Made by a program: the position numbers and the translations under genes
Notes under the pieces: model-generated
Database searches by the model: none
Seen by the model: the letters and a program-made list of their open reading frames with translations, nothing else
Told to the model about the DNA's origin: nothing
Assembly: GCA_965249745.1 (NCBI GenBank)
Contig: OZ252252.1
Location: forward strand, 4,965,659 to 5,029,658
Source of the DNA: Deinococcales bacterium
GTDB taxonomy: Bacteria > Deinococcota > Deinococci > Deinococcales > JAAFIG01
Direction of reading: 5' to 3'
DNA length: 64,000 nt
Shown: positions 48,817-58,573 of the stretch, in pieces
Layout of the letters: the number at the start of each line of letters is the position of its first letter
Numbering within the stretch: position 1 is the stretch's first letter

Positions 48817-49698
48817 ATGAGCCACCCACTCGAGACGGCTGCCGGCTTTCGAGCCGCGATGGTCGAAAAACTGAAAGCTCAACAGGACTTGACAGATCTA
48901 AAGATAGAGCGTGCCATGCGAGCCGTTCCGCGTCACACCTTCGGACACTGGCTATCGCTGGAAACGGTCTACGGTCGTGGGGCACACCCTCTGCCCGGCG
49001 CGACAGCGGCCACCATGTCTACCATTTCAGACCCGGCAGCCGTGGCGATCATGCTCGAGCCACTCGAGTTGCAACCCGGTCAGCGGGTTTTGGAGATCGG
49101 CGCGGGCACGGGTTACAACGCGGCGCTGATCGCGGAACTGGTCGGGGCGTCGGGGCGCGTGACGACGGTAGACATTGAACCGTACGTGGTGGCCGCCGCC
49201 AAGACGAACTTGCGAGCCACAGGCTTCGAGCGGGTAGAGGTGATTTTGGGAGATGGGGGCTTCGGGTTCGCTAGGAACGCACCGTACGACCGCATCACGG
49301 CCACAGTCGGACTCTGGGAGATTCCGTTGGAATGGTTCGGTCAACTGGCGGACGGCGGGCGAATTGTCGCACCGCTGCACCTGTACGGCCAGCCCTACGA
49401 ACACGTGTATGTCCGGCTCGAGGCGGAAGGCGAGCATTTGAGCGGCAAGGCGGTGAACTGGCTCAATATGGTGCTGATGCGTGGCGGTGCAGGGTCACAT
49501 CCTGAAAGCGTCTCGGCTGTTTTGAGTGAGATTGAAGTGCAGCCCGTTTCGATTGCCATCAAGGTTTATCGCCGCGACGATCCCGAAGCGCCTCAGCCGC
49601 ATCCCCTGGAAATTCATGGCAACCGCGCCTCGTGGGTTTTGGAGCGAGAACGAACACTGGTCGCGTTAGAGATGGGATTGTCAGCCACGAACTCTTGA
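48817..49698 (+). CDS. Protein-L-isoaspartate O-methyltransferase-like protein with a C-terminal extension
   Basis: The SAM motif VLEIGAGTGYNAALIAELVG and PIMT-like DRITATVG are present, plus about 90 extra C-terminal residues. Confidence 0.75.
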   Translation: MSHPLETAAGFRAAMVEKLKAQQDLTDLKIERAMRAVPRHTFGHWLSLETVYGRGAHPLPGATAATMSTISDPAAVAIMLEPLELQPGQRVLEIGAGTGYNAALIAELVGASGRVTTVDIEPYVVAAAKTNLRATGFERVEVILGDGGFGFARNAPYDRITATVGLWEIPLEWFGQLADGGRIVAPLHLYGQPYEHVYVRLEAEGEHLSGKAVNWLNMVLMRGGAGSHPESVSAVLSEIEVQPVSIAIKVYRRDDPEAPQPHPLEIHGNRASWVLERERTLVALEMGLSATNS

Positions 49699-49726
49699 AG
49701 CGGCGCTCGAGCCACGAATTCTGCCC

Positions 49727-50416
49727 TCAACCGTCTCGCGCCGTGAGCAGCACCTCCGGGTAATCCCCGATCAAGCCGTCCGTTCCCAGCTCCAGCAACC
49801 GCCGCGCCGTCTCAGGGTCGTTGACCGTCCAAGTGTTGACGCGCCAACCTCTCGCGTGAGCGCGAGCGATCAATTCCGGCGTGACTTGGCTGTGATGGGG
49901 GTGAATCGCGTTCACGAACAACAGATTCGCCGTCCAGCCGTCTTTCAAGTACCACTGCTTCAGGTCGGGCGCGTACAGCAACGCCGTTTGCAACTTGGAG
50001 TCCGCCCATTTGACTCGAGCCAGGGAGGCTGGGTTGAAACTCGAGACGATCACGGATTGGCGCATATCCAGCTTGCCGACGAGCGCGGCGGTTTCCCGTT
50101 CGCGGCCGTCGGTGGTGGGCGTCTCGAGTTTGATTTCCACGTTGACAGAGGCGTTTCGTTCTTTGGCGAGCGCTAACACCGATTCCAGCGTGGGGATGTC
50201 GTGTCCGTTCAGCTCGGAGAGTTTCAACGCGGCGATCAAGCGACCGTCAGCCAGGTGAAAGTCGTGGTGCGTCACCAGCACGGCGTCCAGTGTGCGTTGC
50301 ACGTCCAGTTCAAAACCGTCCAGGCCCGCGTCCAGAGCCGCCGCGAAGGAGGCGAGCGTGTTCTCGCGGAATTGTTTCGGGCTGCCACGATGACCCAACA
50401 GCAGAGGGCGTTTCAT
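49727..50416 (-). CDS. Glycerophosphodiester phosphodiesterase
   Basis: LLLGHRGSPKQFRENTLASF...FELDVQRT...THHD are GDPD motifs. I prefer the ATG at 50416 over the TTG at 50476. Confidence 0.88.
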   Translation of the reverse strand: MKRPLLLGHRGSPKQFRENTLASFAAALDAGLDGFELDVQRTLDAVLVTHHDFHLADGRLIAALKLSELNGHDIPTLESVLALAKERNASVNVEIKLETPTTDGRERETAALVGKLDMRQSVIVSSFNPASLARVKWADSKLQTALLYAPDLKQWYLKDGWTANLLFVNAIHPHHSQVTPELIARAHARGWRVNTWTVNDPETARRLLELGTDGLIGDYPEVLLTARDG

Positions 50417-50464
50417 GGTGGAAAGTGTAATGCCTTCATCCGTGGACGTTAGACTCTGAGGAGG

Positions 50465-51037
50465 ATGCAAGGGCAACTGAAACTGAACTTCGATCTGGAA
50501 CTCTCAGCCGATGTCCTGCGCCAACAACTGGGGCGAGCCGTGGCGGACCTGGACATCCCGTTGAAACTTCAGAAACCTGTGCCGCTGAACCTCGGACGCT
50601 TGCGAGCAGGCACGGTCAGGACGCTGGCGCTGCAACCCACCCGGATCAGGCTCGAGGTGATTTTCGAGCGCGGTTTGGGGTTGAGTCTGGAACTCAGCGA
50701 TCTGCAATTCAACGAGGCGCGGCAGAGCCTGTCGGCCCGCCTCGAGCGGTTCGCGCCGCAGGGCTTCCTCGGGGCTGGACTGGTCAACGGGTTGCGTGGC
50801 ATGTTGCTGGGCGGGGCCTCCAGAGCAGCCAACGAGCGGGTTCCAGGAGTGCTGGACGTGCAAGGCGACAAGTTGACGGTTGATCTGTCGGCGCTCGTGG
50901 CGCGCACCCTGCAAGACCCTGAGCTGCGAGCGAATCTGGTCAAAGCCTTGTCGGTGATGGCGCAGCCGGACCTGCGAATTTTGAACCTCGAGCTTCGTGA
51001 TGGCAGCCTGTGGGTGAGACTCAGCGCCTCTGCCTAA
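50465..51037 (+). CDS. Hypothetical protein
   Basis: 190-aa ORF with a strong RBS (GAGGAGG) directly upstream of the ATG. I recognise no motif. Confidence 0.55.
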   Translation: MQGQLKLNFDLELSADVLRQQLGRAVADLDIPLKLQKPVPLNLGRLRAGTVRTLALQPTRIRLEVIFERGLGLSLELSDLQFNEARQSLSARLERFAPQGFLGAGLVNGLRGMLLGGASRAANERVPGVLDVQGDKLTVDLSALVARTLQDPELRANLVKALSVMAQPDLRILNLELRDGSLWVRLSASA

Positions 51038-51041
51038 AAAT

Positions 51042-51572
51042 TTATTTCTCGACCGTCACCTCGAGGTTGACCGTGCTGCTGGGGCCGTAATCTGATGCCA
51101 GCACCGCCACGAGTCGGTAGACGCCCGGCGCGGCCGAGGCTGGAACACTGAGCTGGGCGCTGACATCCACGTCCCTGATAGTCACGCGGGTTCGCGTCAG
51201 AATCTCGTCGAAGCCGTTCAACTCGCTGCTCGAGGTGGCGCTCAGGTGCAGGGTGGCTGAGTCCAGGTGGAAGTCCCAGCCTTGCGGAAACTGAGTCTGC
51301 TGGGTGTGAATGAAATTGACACTGACGCCAGTGTTGCTGGAGCCGTTCAAGGGCAGGCTCGAGGCGCTTTTAGCGAAGTGCCCGGCGGCATCGCGCAACC
51401 TCACGACCGGATCTGACCCCAGATTCACCACCAAGCGCGGCTGGCCGCCCGCCTTGACGCGAATCGCACCTCGAGCCTCGGCGCGAAGCGGATTGAAGGC
51501 CCCACCGGGTTCCACGAGCGTGCAAGACGCGAGTAGGCAAAGCGACAGAAACGGCCACAGGAGAAATCTCAT
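51042..51572 (-). CDS. Hypothetical lipoprotein
   Basis: MRFLLWPFLSLCLLASC carries a lipobox. The beta-rich body ends in PGVYRLVAVLASDYGPSSTVNLEVTVEK, which looks Ig-like. Confidence 0.6.
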   Translation of the reverse strand: MRFLLWPFLSLCLLASCTLVEPGGAFNPLRAEARGAIRVKAGGQPRLVVNLGSDPVVRLRDAAGHFAKSASSLPLNGSSNTGVSVNFIHTQQTQFPQGWDFHLDSATLHLSATSSSELNGFDEILTRTRVTIRDVDVSAQLSVPASAAPGVYRLVAVLASDYGPSSTVNLEVTVEK

Positions 51573-51786
51573 ACCCGATTCAATCACAATTCAGAACCCG
51601 AGCGATCGTTGAACCGTGTCCAGATTTCAGGCGGGATACGTCTGACCTCGAGACCCTTAAGGACCGTCAAGATCGTTTCCAAAGGCGTTGCTGAAGCTCA
51701 AAGCAGCAAGCCAGACTCAAGTTTTTCCATGCTTAGATCAACCCTGTCTGAAGGTTTCATCCACCGTGCATTCACGCTTTCTGCGT

Positions 51787-52467
51787 ATGATTCGGCGCGT
51801 GAACTTCAACATCTTCTGGGTGGCGGCGCTGTCCTACCTGTTCGGAGCGATTCCGTTCGGGGTGCTGGTGGCTCGCACCTACCAGATTGATATTCAGCGC
51901 GTCGGCAGTGGCAACACCGGAGCCAGCAACGTGCTCCGGGCGGCCGGTTGGGGCCCAGCCATGGTGGTCGCGCTGGCTGACATCATGAAGGGAGGCATCG
52001 CCGTGCTGATCGCGCAGGCGCTCGGGATGCCCGGCTTGGAAATCGCCGTGGTCGGCTTCTGCGCGGTGCTAGGTCACAACTACAGCATCTTCCTGGGCTT
52101 TCGCGGCGGCAAGGGCGTGGCCACGAGCTACGGTACGGTGCTACTGCTGGACGTGGGTCTGGGATTAGCGATCCTGCCAATGTTTATTTCTACATTGTTA
52201 ATCACGCGCTTCTCGAGCGCCGCCAGCATGATCGCCAGCTTCAGTGGAATTATTCTGGGAATTGCCATGCACCGCGAATGGTGGAAGGTGCTGATGATGA
52301 GCTTGCTGTTCAGCATGATTATCTTCAAACACCGCGAGAACCTGGATCGGATTCGCTTGGGAACCGAGCGTCCCTTCGATCAACGCTTGCCGAAAACGGT
52401 TCCGGGCGATACCGCCAAAAATGAGGCGATCTCAGGCGAACTCGCCCAGCCCCAAGAGGCGAAGTGA
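51787..52467 (+). CDS. plsY: Glycerol-3-phosphate acyltransferase PlsY
   Basis: LSYLFGAIPFGVLVAR...GSGNTGASNVLRAAG...HNYSIFLGFRGGKGVAT are canonical PlsY motifs. Confidence 0.9.
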   Translation: MIRRVNFNIFWVAALSYLFGAIPFGVLVARTYQIDIQRVGSGNTGASNVLRAAGWGPAMVVALADIMKGGIAVLIAQALGMPGLEIAVVGFCAVLGHNYSIFLGFRGGKGVATSYGTVLLLDVGLGLAILPMFISTLLITRFSSAASMIASFSGIILGIAMHREWWKVLMMSLLFSMIIFKHRENLDRIRLGTERPFDQRLPKTVPGDTAKNEAISGELAQPQEAK

Positions 52468-53243
52468 CGCATCAGACCTACCCTGTCCCTTCGAGCAGCA
52501 TGACCTCGAGCAGCATGACTTTGAGCAATGGGGACTCGAGCGGTACAGCTTTCAGCGACGAAACAATCTCGCCTCTCGAGATGCTAGCCATTGCACCGCA
52601 CCCGGACGACGCCGAGATCGGCTGCGGCGGAACGCTGCTGCGAGCCGCAAGGGGCGGAAAACGCACTGGCATCCTGGAATTGACTCGAGGGGAGCTGGGC
52701 ACGCTCGGCACGCCTGAGATTCGTGATCTCGAGGCGTTGGAAGCGGCGCGGGAGTTGGGCTTGGCGTATCGGGGCAACCTGCGCTGGGCGGATGGGGGCG
52801 TGACCGACACGCCGGTCTACCGTTTTGAGCTAGCCCAGGCGATCCGTGACTTGAAGCCGAAGGTGCTACTGGTTCCGCACGAAACCGACCGCCACCCGGA
52901 TCACGCTGGCGCGGCGCGGGTCTGCGCGGCTGCTACCCACTTCGCGGGTCTACGCAACGCGCCGCTGTCTGGGACACCTCACCGGGTGGGCCAAGTGCTG
53001 CATTATCAGGGCAACGCACCCATCATTGCCAACGTCTTGGTGGATGTCTCAGGCGTGATGGAGGCGTGGGAACGGGCGATCATGGCGCACGCCAGTCAGT
53101 TCACCGGGGAGCGCATCTCGGAAACGGTGACGCCGGAAATTATCGAGCGACGCAAGGCCAGGCTGATGTACTGGGGAACGTTCATCGGCGTGCGGTACGC
53201 AGAAGCCTTCGAGAGTTTGCTGCCGACGCAGTGGCAGCCCTGA
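52464..53243 (+). CDS. PIG-L/LmbE-family N-acetylglucosaminyl deacetylase (BshB1-like)
   Basis: LAIAPHPDDAEIGCGGTLL and PHETDRHPDHAGAAR are present. The start is uncertain: a GTG at 52464 overlaps the plsY stop, and in-frame ATGs lie at 52500, 52515 and 52581. Confidence 0.8.
   Translation: MTHQTYPVPSSSMTSSSMTLSNGDSSGTAFSDETISPLEMLAIAPHPDDAEIGCGGTLLRAARGGKRTGILELTRGELGTLGTPEIRDLEALEAARELGLAYRGNLRWADGGVTDTPVYRFELAQAIRDLKPKVLLVPHETDRHPDHAGAARVCAAATHFAGLRNAPLSGTPHRVGQVLHYQGNAPIIANVLVDVSGVMEAWERAIMAHASQFTGERISETVTPEIIERRKARLMYWGTFIGVRYAEAFESLLPTQWQP
52491..52520. repeat. 15-nt tandem duplication in the 5' part of the deacetylase ORF
   Basis: TCGAGCAGCATGACC (52491-52505) is followed by TCGAGCAGCATGACT (52506-52520), then a partial third unit TTGAGCAATG. 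It encodes SSSMT-SSSMT. Confidence 0.9.
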
Positions 53244-53288
53244 GAGGTTTGAGAGGAACGCCAACTCTCCTCGGCCGGGTTGACGGTA

Positions 53289-53310
53289 GGGGCGAACGGC
53301 CGTTCGCCCC
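53289..53310. terminator. Bidirectional terminator hairpin between convergent genes
   Basis: GGGGCGAACGGCCGTTCGCCCC is a perfect 22-nt palindrome. Confidence 0.7.
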
Positions 53311-53442
53311 GTCATACATTCCCTGGCGACACCTCGAGTCACATGCCCATACCAAGCAACGAGGCTTGAGCTGTGTGTTAAAAGCCTGACCCTCGAGGAA
53401 AATCCGACGAGACCAACATGAACCGCCCCAACTCGATCCGTT

Positions 53443-54075
53443 TCAGCTCGAGACTGCGAAATCCACGGTCACGCTGACTTCCAGGTCGCGCTCGGCGCGG
53501 TACTCCATGCCAATGTCGGCGCTCGGGGCGCTCCTGGCTCGAGCCAGTGACATCGGGGCGGCGGACACCGCGTCGTACACCACGACGCTCTCCGGCATAC
53601 TCCAGGAATCGCTGGCGTTTCGCACACCGGTCACGGTCGCGCCGGAGGCTTCCGCCATCGCCACAGCTTTGCTGCGCGCCTTGCGCATCGCCTCAGCGGC
53701 CAATGGCACGCTGGCAGCGAAGTCGTCCCACTGCCACTCGAGTTGCTGTAACTCGGCGTTTTTGGTGTCACTGACCGCGCCGATGACCTGCGGGAGCCGC
53801 TCGAGTCGGCTTTCGGTGACGACCAGATTGAACTCGGCTTTGGAGGCTTTCAGCAGCCCACCCGGCGCGGAGACCCGCACCGCTTTCAGGCTAACCGCCG
53901 ATTCCTCGAGACCGAGCGCTTTCAGACGGGTCACGAACTCCTTGAGTTCTTTGGCTTGTTCCAGCGCTGCATTGCCGAAGATGGCGCGTTCGCCGTCTAT
54001 TTTCAGATGCAACCGGGCGCTGACGGCGGTGATCGTGGACTTGGCGCTGGCGGTGACGCGAATTGTGCCTTCCAT
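53443..54075 (-). CDS. SIMPL/DUF541-family protein
   Basis: 210-aa protein. Its pattern (IRVTASAKSTITAVSARLHLKIDGE...VTVDFAV) resembles the DUF541 family, and I recognise no other motif. Confidence 0.55.
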   Translation of the reverse strand: MEGTIRVTASAKSTITAVSARLHLKIDGERAIFGNAALEQAKELKEFVTRLKALGLEESAVSLKAVRVSAPGGLLKASKAEFNLVVTESRLERLPQVIGAVSDTKNAELQQLEWQWDDFAASVPLAAEAMRKARSKAVAMAEASGATVTGVRNASDSWSMPESVVVYDAVSAAPMSLARARSAPSADIGMEYRAERDLEVSVTVDFAVSS

Positions 54076-54128
54076 GCGCCCAGACTACACGCTCAGCCCG
54101 CACAGCTCGAGGCAAGCCGTGCCTTCAA

Positions 54129-54722
54129 TCAGGCTGTGCCAGGTTTTGGAGAGAGCAGCACGTGAACCCCGCGAGCCAGCAACACCGCCGTCATCAGGAC
54201 AGTTCCGACAGTCCCAGCCGCGCCGTGACCTCGAGTTTGGACCACGACCAGCAAGACGATCGGAGTGAGAATCCCCGCTAGCGGTTGCGGTCCGAGCGGC
54301 AAGAAGCGATTCAGTTTCAAAGCGCGATGCAAGCCCATAATCCCCAGCCCGACCAGCATGGCAGTCGCACCGACCACGGGGTCGGCCACAAGGAGCGCCC
54401 CCGTGGCGGGCGACAAACCCTGACCGCCGTTGAAACCGTGCCAGACCGGATAGCAATGCCCAAGGGCGGCAGTCGCCGGAGCCAGCCAGATCAGTTCCGG
54501 CGCGAACAGCCAGACCGCGCCAGCCGCCAGTGCGCCCTTCAACACGTCCACGACGGCGATTGATACACCGACCCGCCAGCCGAACTGCCGCCCCATGCCG
54601 CTCGCCCCGGCAAAATCCTTGGCTCTGACATCACCACCGTGCGACCTCGAGTACAGCACGGAGACCGATACGGCGGCGATCAGGTACGCGGGGATTAGGG
54701 CCCAGGCTCTGGAAAGGTCCAC
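54129..54722 (-). CDS. Diverged PlsY-family paralog
   Basis: The membrane topology and VDVLKGALAAG, HCYPVWHGFNGGQGLS match PlsY. The canonical GSGNxGAxN is replaced by GASGMGRQFG. GTG start. Confidence 0.65.
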   Translation of the reverse strand: MDLSRAWALIPAYLIAAVSVSVLYSRSHGGDVRAKDFAGASGMGRQFGWRVGVSIAVVDVLKGALAAGAVWLFAPELIWLAPATAALGHCYPVWHGFNGGQGLSPATGALLVADPVVGATAMLVGLGIMGLHRALKLNRFLPLGPQPLAGILTPIVLLVVVQTRGHGAAGTVGTVLMTAVLLARGVHVLLSPKPGTA

Positions 54723-54785
54723 CTCTGAAGTCTAGCCAAAAAAGGGACGCGAGCGATTCGCGTCCCCACTCGAGCGGCCGAGTAA

Positions 54786-55490
54786 TCAGCGCGGAATCTG
54801 AATCTTCTGACCGACTTTGATCATGTTCGCGTCGGCGATCCCATTCAGTTTCGCCAGTTCCGCGTACTTCCCAGAATCCCCCAGGTACTCCTGGGCGATC
54901 CCGGACAGTGTTTCGCCGGGTTTGACGATGTGCCACTCGTCGGGACGGTTGACGTAGGCGGGCTTGGCGGCGACGGCAGCTTTTTTCTCGTCGTCGGCTT
55001 TCTGCTTGGCACCCTCGACGATCTTCAGGTCGCCCGCATCCACGTTGGTGGCTCCCTGCGCCTCAGCGATTTGCACGGCCAGGTTGTACTCGTGCTGGCT
55101 GTCCACCGCACCGCTCAGCACCACCCCGCTGCCGCTCTGCGCGACATTGATCGGGTTAGCAGTCAGCTCACCGTTCTCGTCAATCGCGCGGAAGACCTTC
55201 TTGGCGAGCGCACTCGAGTCCACGGCCGCCTGGACCTCAGCTTCGTCCACGGCGGGTACCTCTGATGACGAGGCTTCCACGATCACGCTCGAGGTGTCCA
55301 CCGATTTGACGCCGCCGATGCCTACCGGCATAGTTTCCAGGAACTGCTTGACGCGATCGTTCGGAACCATACCGTTCCAATACACAGTTCCGCCGCGTTC
55401 GGTCACAGTGATCGGCAAACCGTTCAGGAACGAGTACTTCTTCATCTCGTCTTCGACACGCTGCTGGGTGCTCTTACCGAATGGCCACAT
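54786..55490 (-). CDS. BON-domain plus LysM-domain protein (Kbp/YgaU-like)
   Basis: The C-terminal LysM is HIVKPGETLSGIAQEYLGDSGKYAELAKLNGIADANMIKVGQKIQIP, and the N-terminal half has BON-like repeats. GGAGG RBS. Confidence 0.8.
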   Translation of the reverse strand: MWPFGKSTQQRVEDEMKKYSFLNGLPITVTERGGTVYWNGMVPNDRVKQFLETMPVGIGGVKSVDTSSVIVEASSSEVPAVDEAEVQAAVDSSALAKKVFRAIDENGELTANPINVAQSGSGVVLSGAVDSQHEYNLAVQIAEAQGATNVDAGDLKIVEGAKQKADDEKKAAVAAKPAYVNRPDEWHIVKPGETLSGIAQEYLGDSGKYAELAKLNGIADANMIKVGQKIQIPR

Positions 55491-55740
55491 AGGTGTACCT
55501 CCGTTTATTTCTGGGTGCGTCCTCGAGTGTACTCGCTTTTCGTAAGCCCGGCGTCAGTTGGCGGTTCTAGATCACCAAAACCATAAAAACACGTTTGGCA
55601 CGACACTCAATTAGGCTCGAGGATTTTGGGATGGTCCCATTTCCTGCTGAGGGACGCCTGATGCGCTGATTCTTCTAAAGGGGCCGGAAAGTTTGATCGT
55701 TAGACCCAGCGACAGGGTTGGTTGCCGTCAGATTCGTGGC

Positions 55741-58314
55741 TCAGGGCGTTTTCCGCCACCAGCGCCCCCAAACCGATCTAACCATGTTCCGAATTGAGTT
55801 CATGGTCGGCTCGAGCTGACCGAGTTCGCCCCTCAGGCTCAGACGCATTTCTTTCGATAGGTCCTGATCGGGTAAACCCAGCAGCTCGCGGTAAATCGTG
55901 ATTCGCTGTTGGAGCTGATCGGCTCGGTGATTACTGCGGGCCAGACCAATTTTGGCCTTGACGCATTCCGCTCGAATCCCAGAATCGGTTTCGGCCGCGC
56001 AAGCCGCCAATAGTTTTTCGTACGCCTCGACCGCCTCGGCGTGGCGTCCCAGAGTGCGCAGTTTCGCGCCGACGTTCACCAGTGCCTGCGCCGCTTGCAG
56101 GCGCACGACGGCGACTTCATCCCCCAGGCAACGACGGATGAGGTCTTGGTACACGGCGAATCCCGCCTCGGTATCACCGACTGCTTCGCTCATCAAGGTG
56201 AGCGCCTTGGCGTACAGCGCTTTGGCCACGCGTTCGCGCATGTACGCCAGATTGCTGGAACCGTAGCGACGCAGGATTTCTTCGTAGGTCTCAAGCTCCT
56301 CCGAGTGACGCCCCAACTTCTCCAACTGCCAGGCCTTGTTGGACAGCGCCAAGGCCACGTCCTTCTGAATGCTGGTACTCAGCTCCGCCCCGTAGGTGGC
56401 AATCTGGGTCTCGAGGACAGCTAGAGCCGCTTGGCGCTGAGCGAGTTGCGACAGCGAGTAGGCCTTGCGGACCAGGGCATCGCTGCACTGGCGGCGCAGT
56501 TCAGGGTGCAGCGATTGCCCGTACTGGGTCAGCACCTCGTCGTACAGCGTAACGGCCTCGCGGTGCTTGCCTTCGACACCCAGCACCCGGCCCCGTTCAA
56601 TCGTAGCCGTAATCGCATCCCGCTCGGTCAGGGGCAGGTCTTGGTACTGCGAGCCGTAGTGAACCTCTTTGCCAGCCCGTTGCAAACGATTCAGGCAGGT
56701 CAGGCGGCTGGCGGCACCTTTGGCGAGCGTTTCGCGCATCGCCGGGCTGGTGGCGTTTTGAAACCGCGCCATCAGCGAGTCATATACGCTCAAGGCCTCC
56801 TGTTCACGGTTCAAGAGCATCATCAGCAAATACCCTAGGTTCAGGTAGACGCTGGCGGTCGTACCCGTCTCCACGCCCTCGTCCTCGGCGAACGCGTCCA
56901 AATATGTCTGGTAGGTCTGCACCGCGTCCTCGAGATGGCGACGCTCGCGCTGGTCCACCCCGAGGTTGTACAGCGCCTGCGAGACGATTCTACGGATGGC
57001 AGCCTCGGGATCGGCTGCAAAGCGCTGACTTAAATCGCGTACCACGCGGGCGTGTTGAAGTTCAGCCTCGGTCAGCGGCTGCTCAGCCAGGTCACCGCTG
57101 TCGTCCGTGCTTTGCAGTTTGGGGGGTAGCTGTTGCTTCCAGATCTTGGCTTGCGTGTCCCCCGCCTCCGCAGCGGCACGGCGCTGATCGGCGCGACTGA
57201 CATCCGCCACCTCTGACTGGGTTTGCAGCACCTCGAGCGCGTCCCGCCAGCGACCCAGGTCACGCAGCACCCGCACCCGAAGTTGGCGACTGAGGATCAC
57301 CTGCCATTGCACCTCCGGGTCGGACGATCCTGCGAAACGGGTTTGCAACGCAGTCAGCCGCCCCAGAACATCATCCAGCCCCTCGGTGACCAGTAACGCT
57401 CGAGCCTGTCGTAGGTAGGTGTCAGCCAGCAAGCCCTGTAACGCGGGTGCCTGACTGCCACCAAACTGAGCCAGCAGGCGCTCAAAGAGGAGCCGTTCGG
57501 CAGACGGAGCCAGACCCTGGGTGCGCTCGAGCTGCGTTTTCAAGACCTTCGCCTGCACGTGGCTGTCTGGGTGAGAGGCGTAGCGCTCCCACTGAAGCGC
57601 GGCCAGCGCGCTAGCTTGGGTCTGGGAAGCCTGACTGCCCTCCCAGGCGAGCGCCTCGAGCTGGACACCGATAGACAGGTTGACGTTGAACAGCACCGTG
57701 GCATCGCTCAGGCTGCCGTACCGGTCCAGCATCGCCTGGCAGGTCGAGATCAACCGTTCAAAGGCGCTCGGCGTCTCCGACTTCGAGGAAAGGCTGTCTT
57801 GCGGCAATAGCTCTTCCGATGGGCTGTGAGGTTCCGTTTCAAGCTCCGAGAATTGCCAGCCCACCAGCACCGCCCCGGCTCTGGACTGAATGCGGCGCAG
57901 CTCGAGGGTCTCCCCTAAAAATCGGTGGTCTGATAACGCCTCGAGTTTCGATATTCCCTCCAATCGCCGCCGCCTTTGAGCCAGCAGTACCGCTGCCAGG
58001 AGTTGCGCCTCGGCTCCCACCGCGTTCAAATCCGCGTCACTGCCAAGGCTGCACTCCGCCTGCAACTGTTCGTAGATCGTCAGGGCCGCCTCAGATTGCT
58101 CGAGACCGACCAGTGCCTGAGCGTGAACCAATCGCGCTCGCGCCACCAGAATTTGGTCGAATGGGTCTGCGTTGCCAGCGAACCGCGCCCGCAACGACAC
58201 GGCCGCCTCGAGTGCGGCTGGCCACTGCCGGGTCGTCAACAGGGCTTGGCAGTGCTGATACAGCGATTCGAGAGTGTGACTGTTATTCGTATCCGAACGC
58301 GATTTCTCGGTCAT
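55741..58314 (-). CDS. Large TPR-repeat protein
   Basis: About 857 aa of degenerate Ala/Leu-rich TPR-like helical repeats. I prefer the ATG at 58314 over the track start at 58359. Confidence 0.65.
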   Translation of the reverse strand: MTEKSRSDTNNSHTLESLYQHCQALLTTRQWPAALEAAVSLRARFAGNADPFDQILVARARLVHAQALVGLEQSEAALTIYEQLQAECSLGSDADLNAVGAEAQLLAAVLLAQRRRRLEGISKLEALSDHRFLGETLELRRIQSRAGAVLVGWQFSELETEPHSPSEELLPQDSLSSKSETPSAFERLISTCQAMLDRYGSLSDATVLFNVNLSIGVQLEALAWEGSQASQTQASALAALQWERYASHPDSHVQAKVLKTQLERTQGLAPSAERLLFERLLAQFGGSQAPALQGLLADTYLRQARALLVTEGLDDVLGRLTALQTRFAGSSDPEVQWQVILSRQLRVRVLRDLGRWRDALEVLQTQSEVADVSRADQRRAAAEAGDTQAKIWKQQLPPKLQSTDDSGDLAEQPLTEAELQHARVVRDLSQRFAADPEAAIRRIVSQALYNLGVDQRERRHLEDAVQTYQTYLDAFAEDEGVETGTTASVYLNLGYLLMMLLNREQEALSVYDSLMARFQNATSPAMRETLAKGAASRLTCLNRLQRAGKEVHYGSQYQDLPLTERDAITATIERGRVLGVEGKHREAVTLYDEVLTQYGQSLHPELRRQCSDALVRKAYSLSQLAQRQAALAVLETQIATYGAELSTSIQKDVALALSNKAWQLEKLGRHSEELETYEEILRRYGSSNLAYMRERVAKALYAKALTLMSEAVGDTEAGFAVYQDLIRRCLGDEVAVVRLQAAQALVNVGAKLRTLGRHAEAVEAYEKLLAACAAETDSGIRAECVKAKIGLARSNHRADQLQQRITIYRELLGLPDQDLSKEMRLSLRGELGQLEPTMNSIRNMVRSVWGRWWRKTP

Positions 58315-58573
58315 GTCGTTTTTCCCGCCCTCACCATACCTTCGAGCCTCCAGAACCATCCAAGCCTAGAACCATCCAAGCTGGGTGGCGAATGTCAGAT
58401 GCCTCGAGGAAGCCCGAAACCCCAGATGGTAGACTTTGCGCGGTAGAGTCAACGTTGGTGTGGTTACCGCAACCCGGAGTGCCGCGCACGTCGAAATTCT
58501 GAATTTGTGGCACTGGCGCTGACCCGTTCAGCTCGAGTCCAGGGATTTGAGGTTCGACTGGGAGAAAGCAAAT

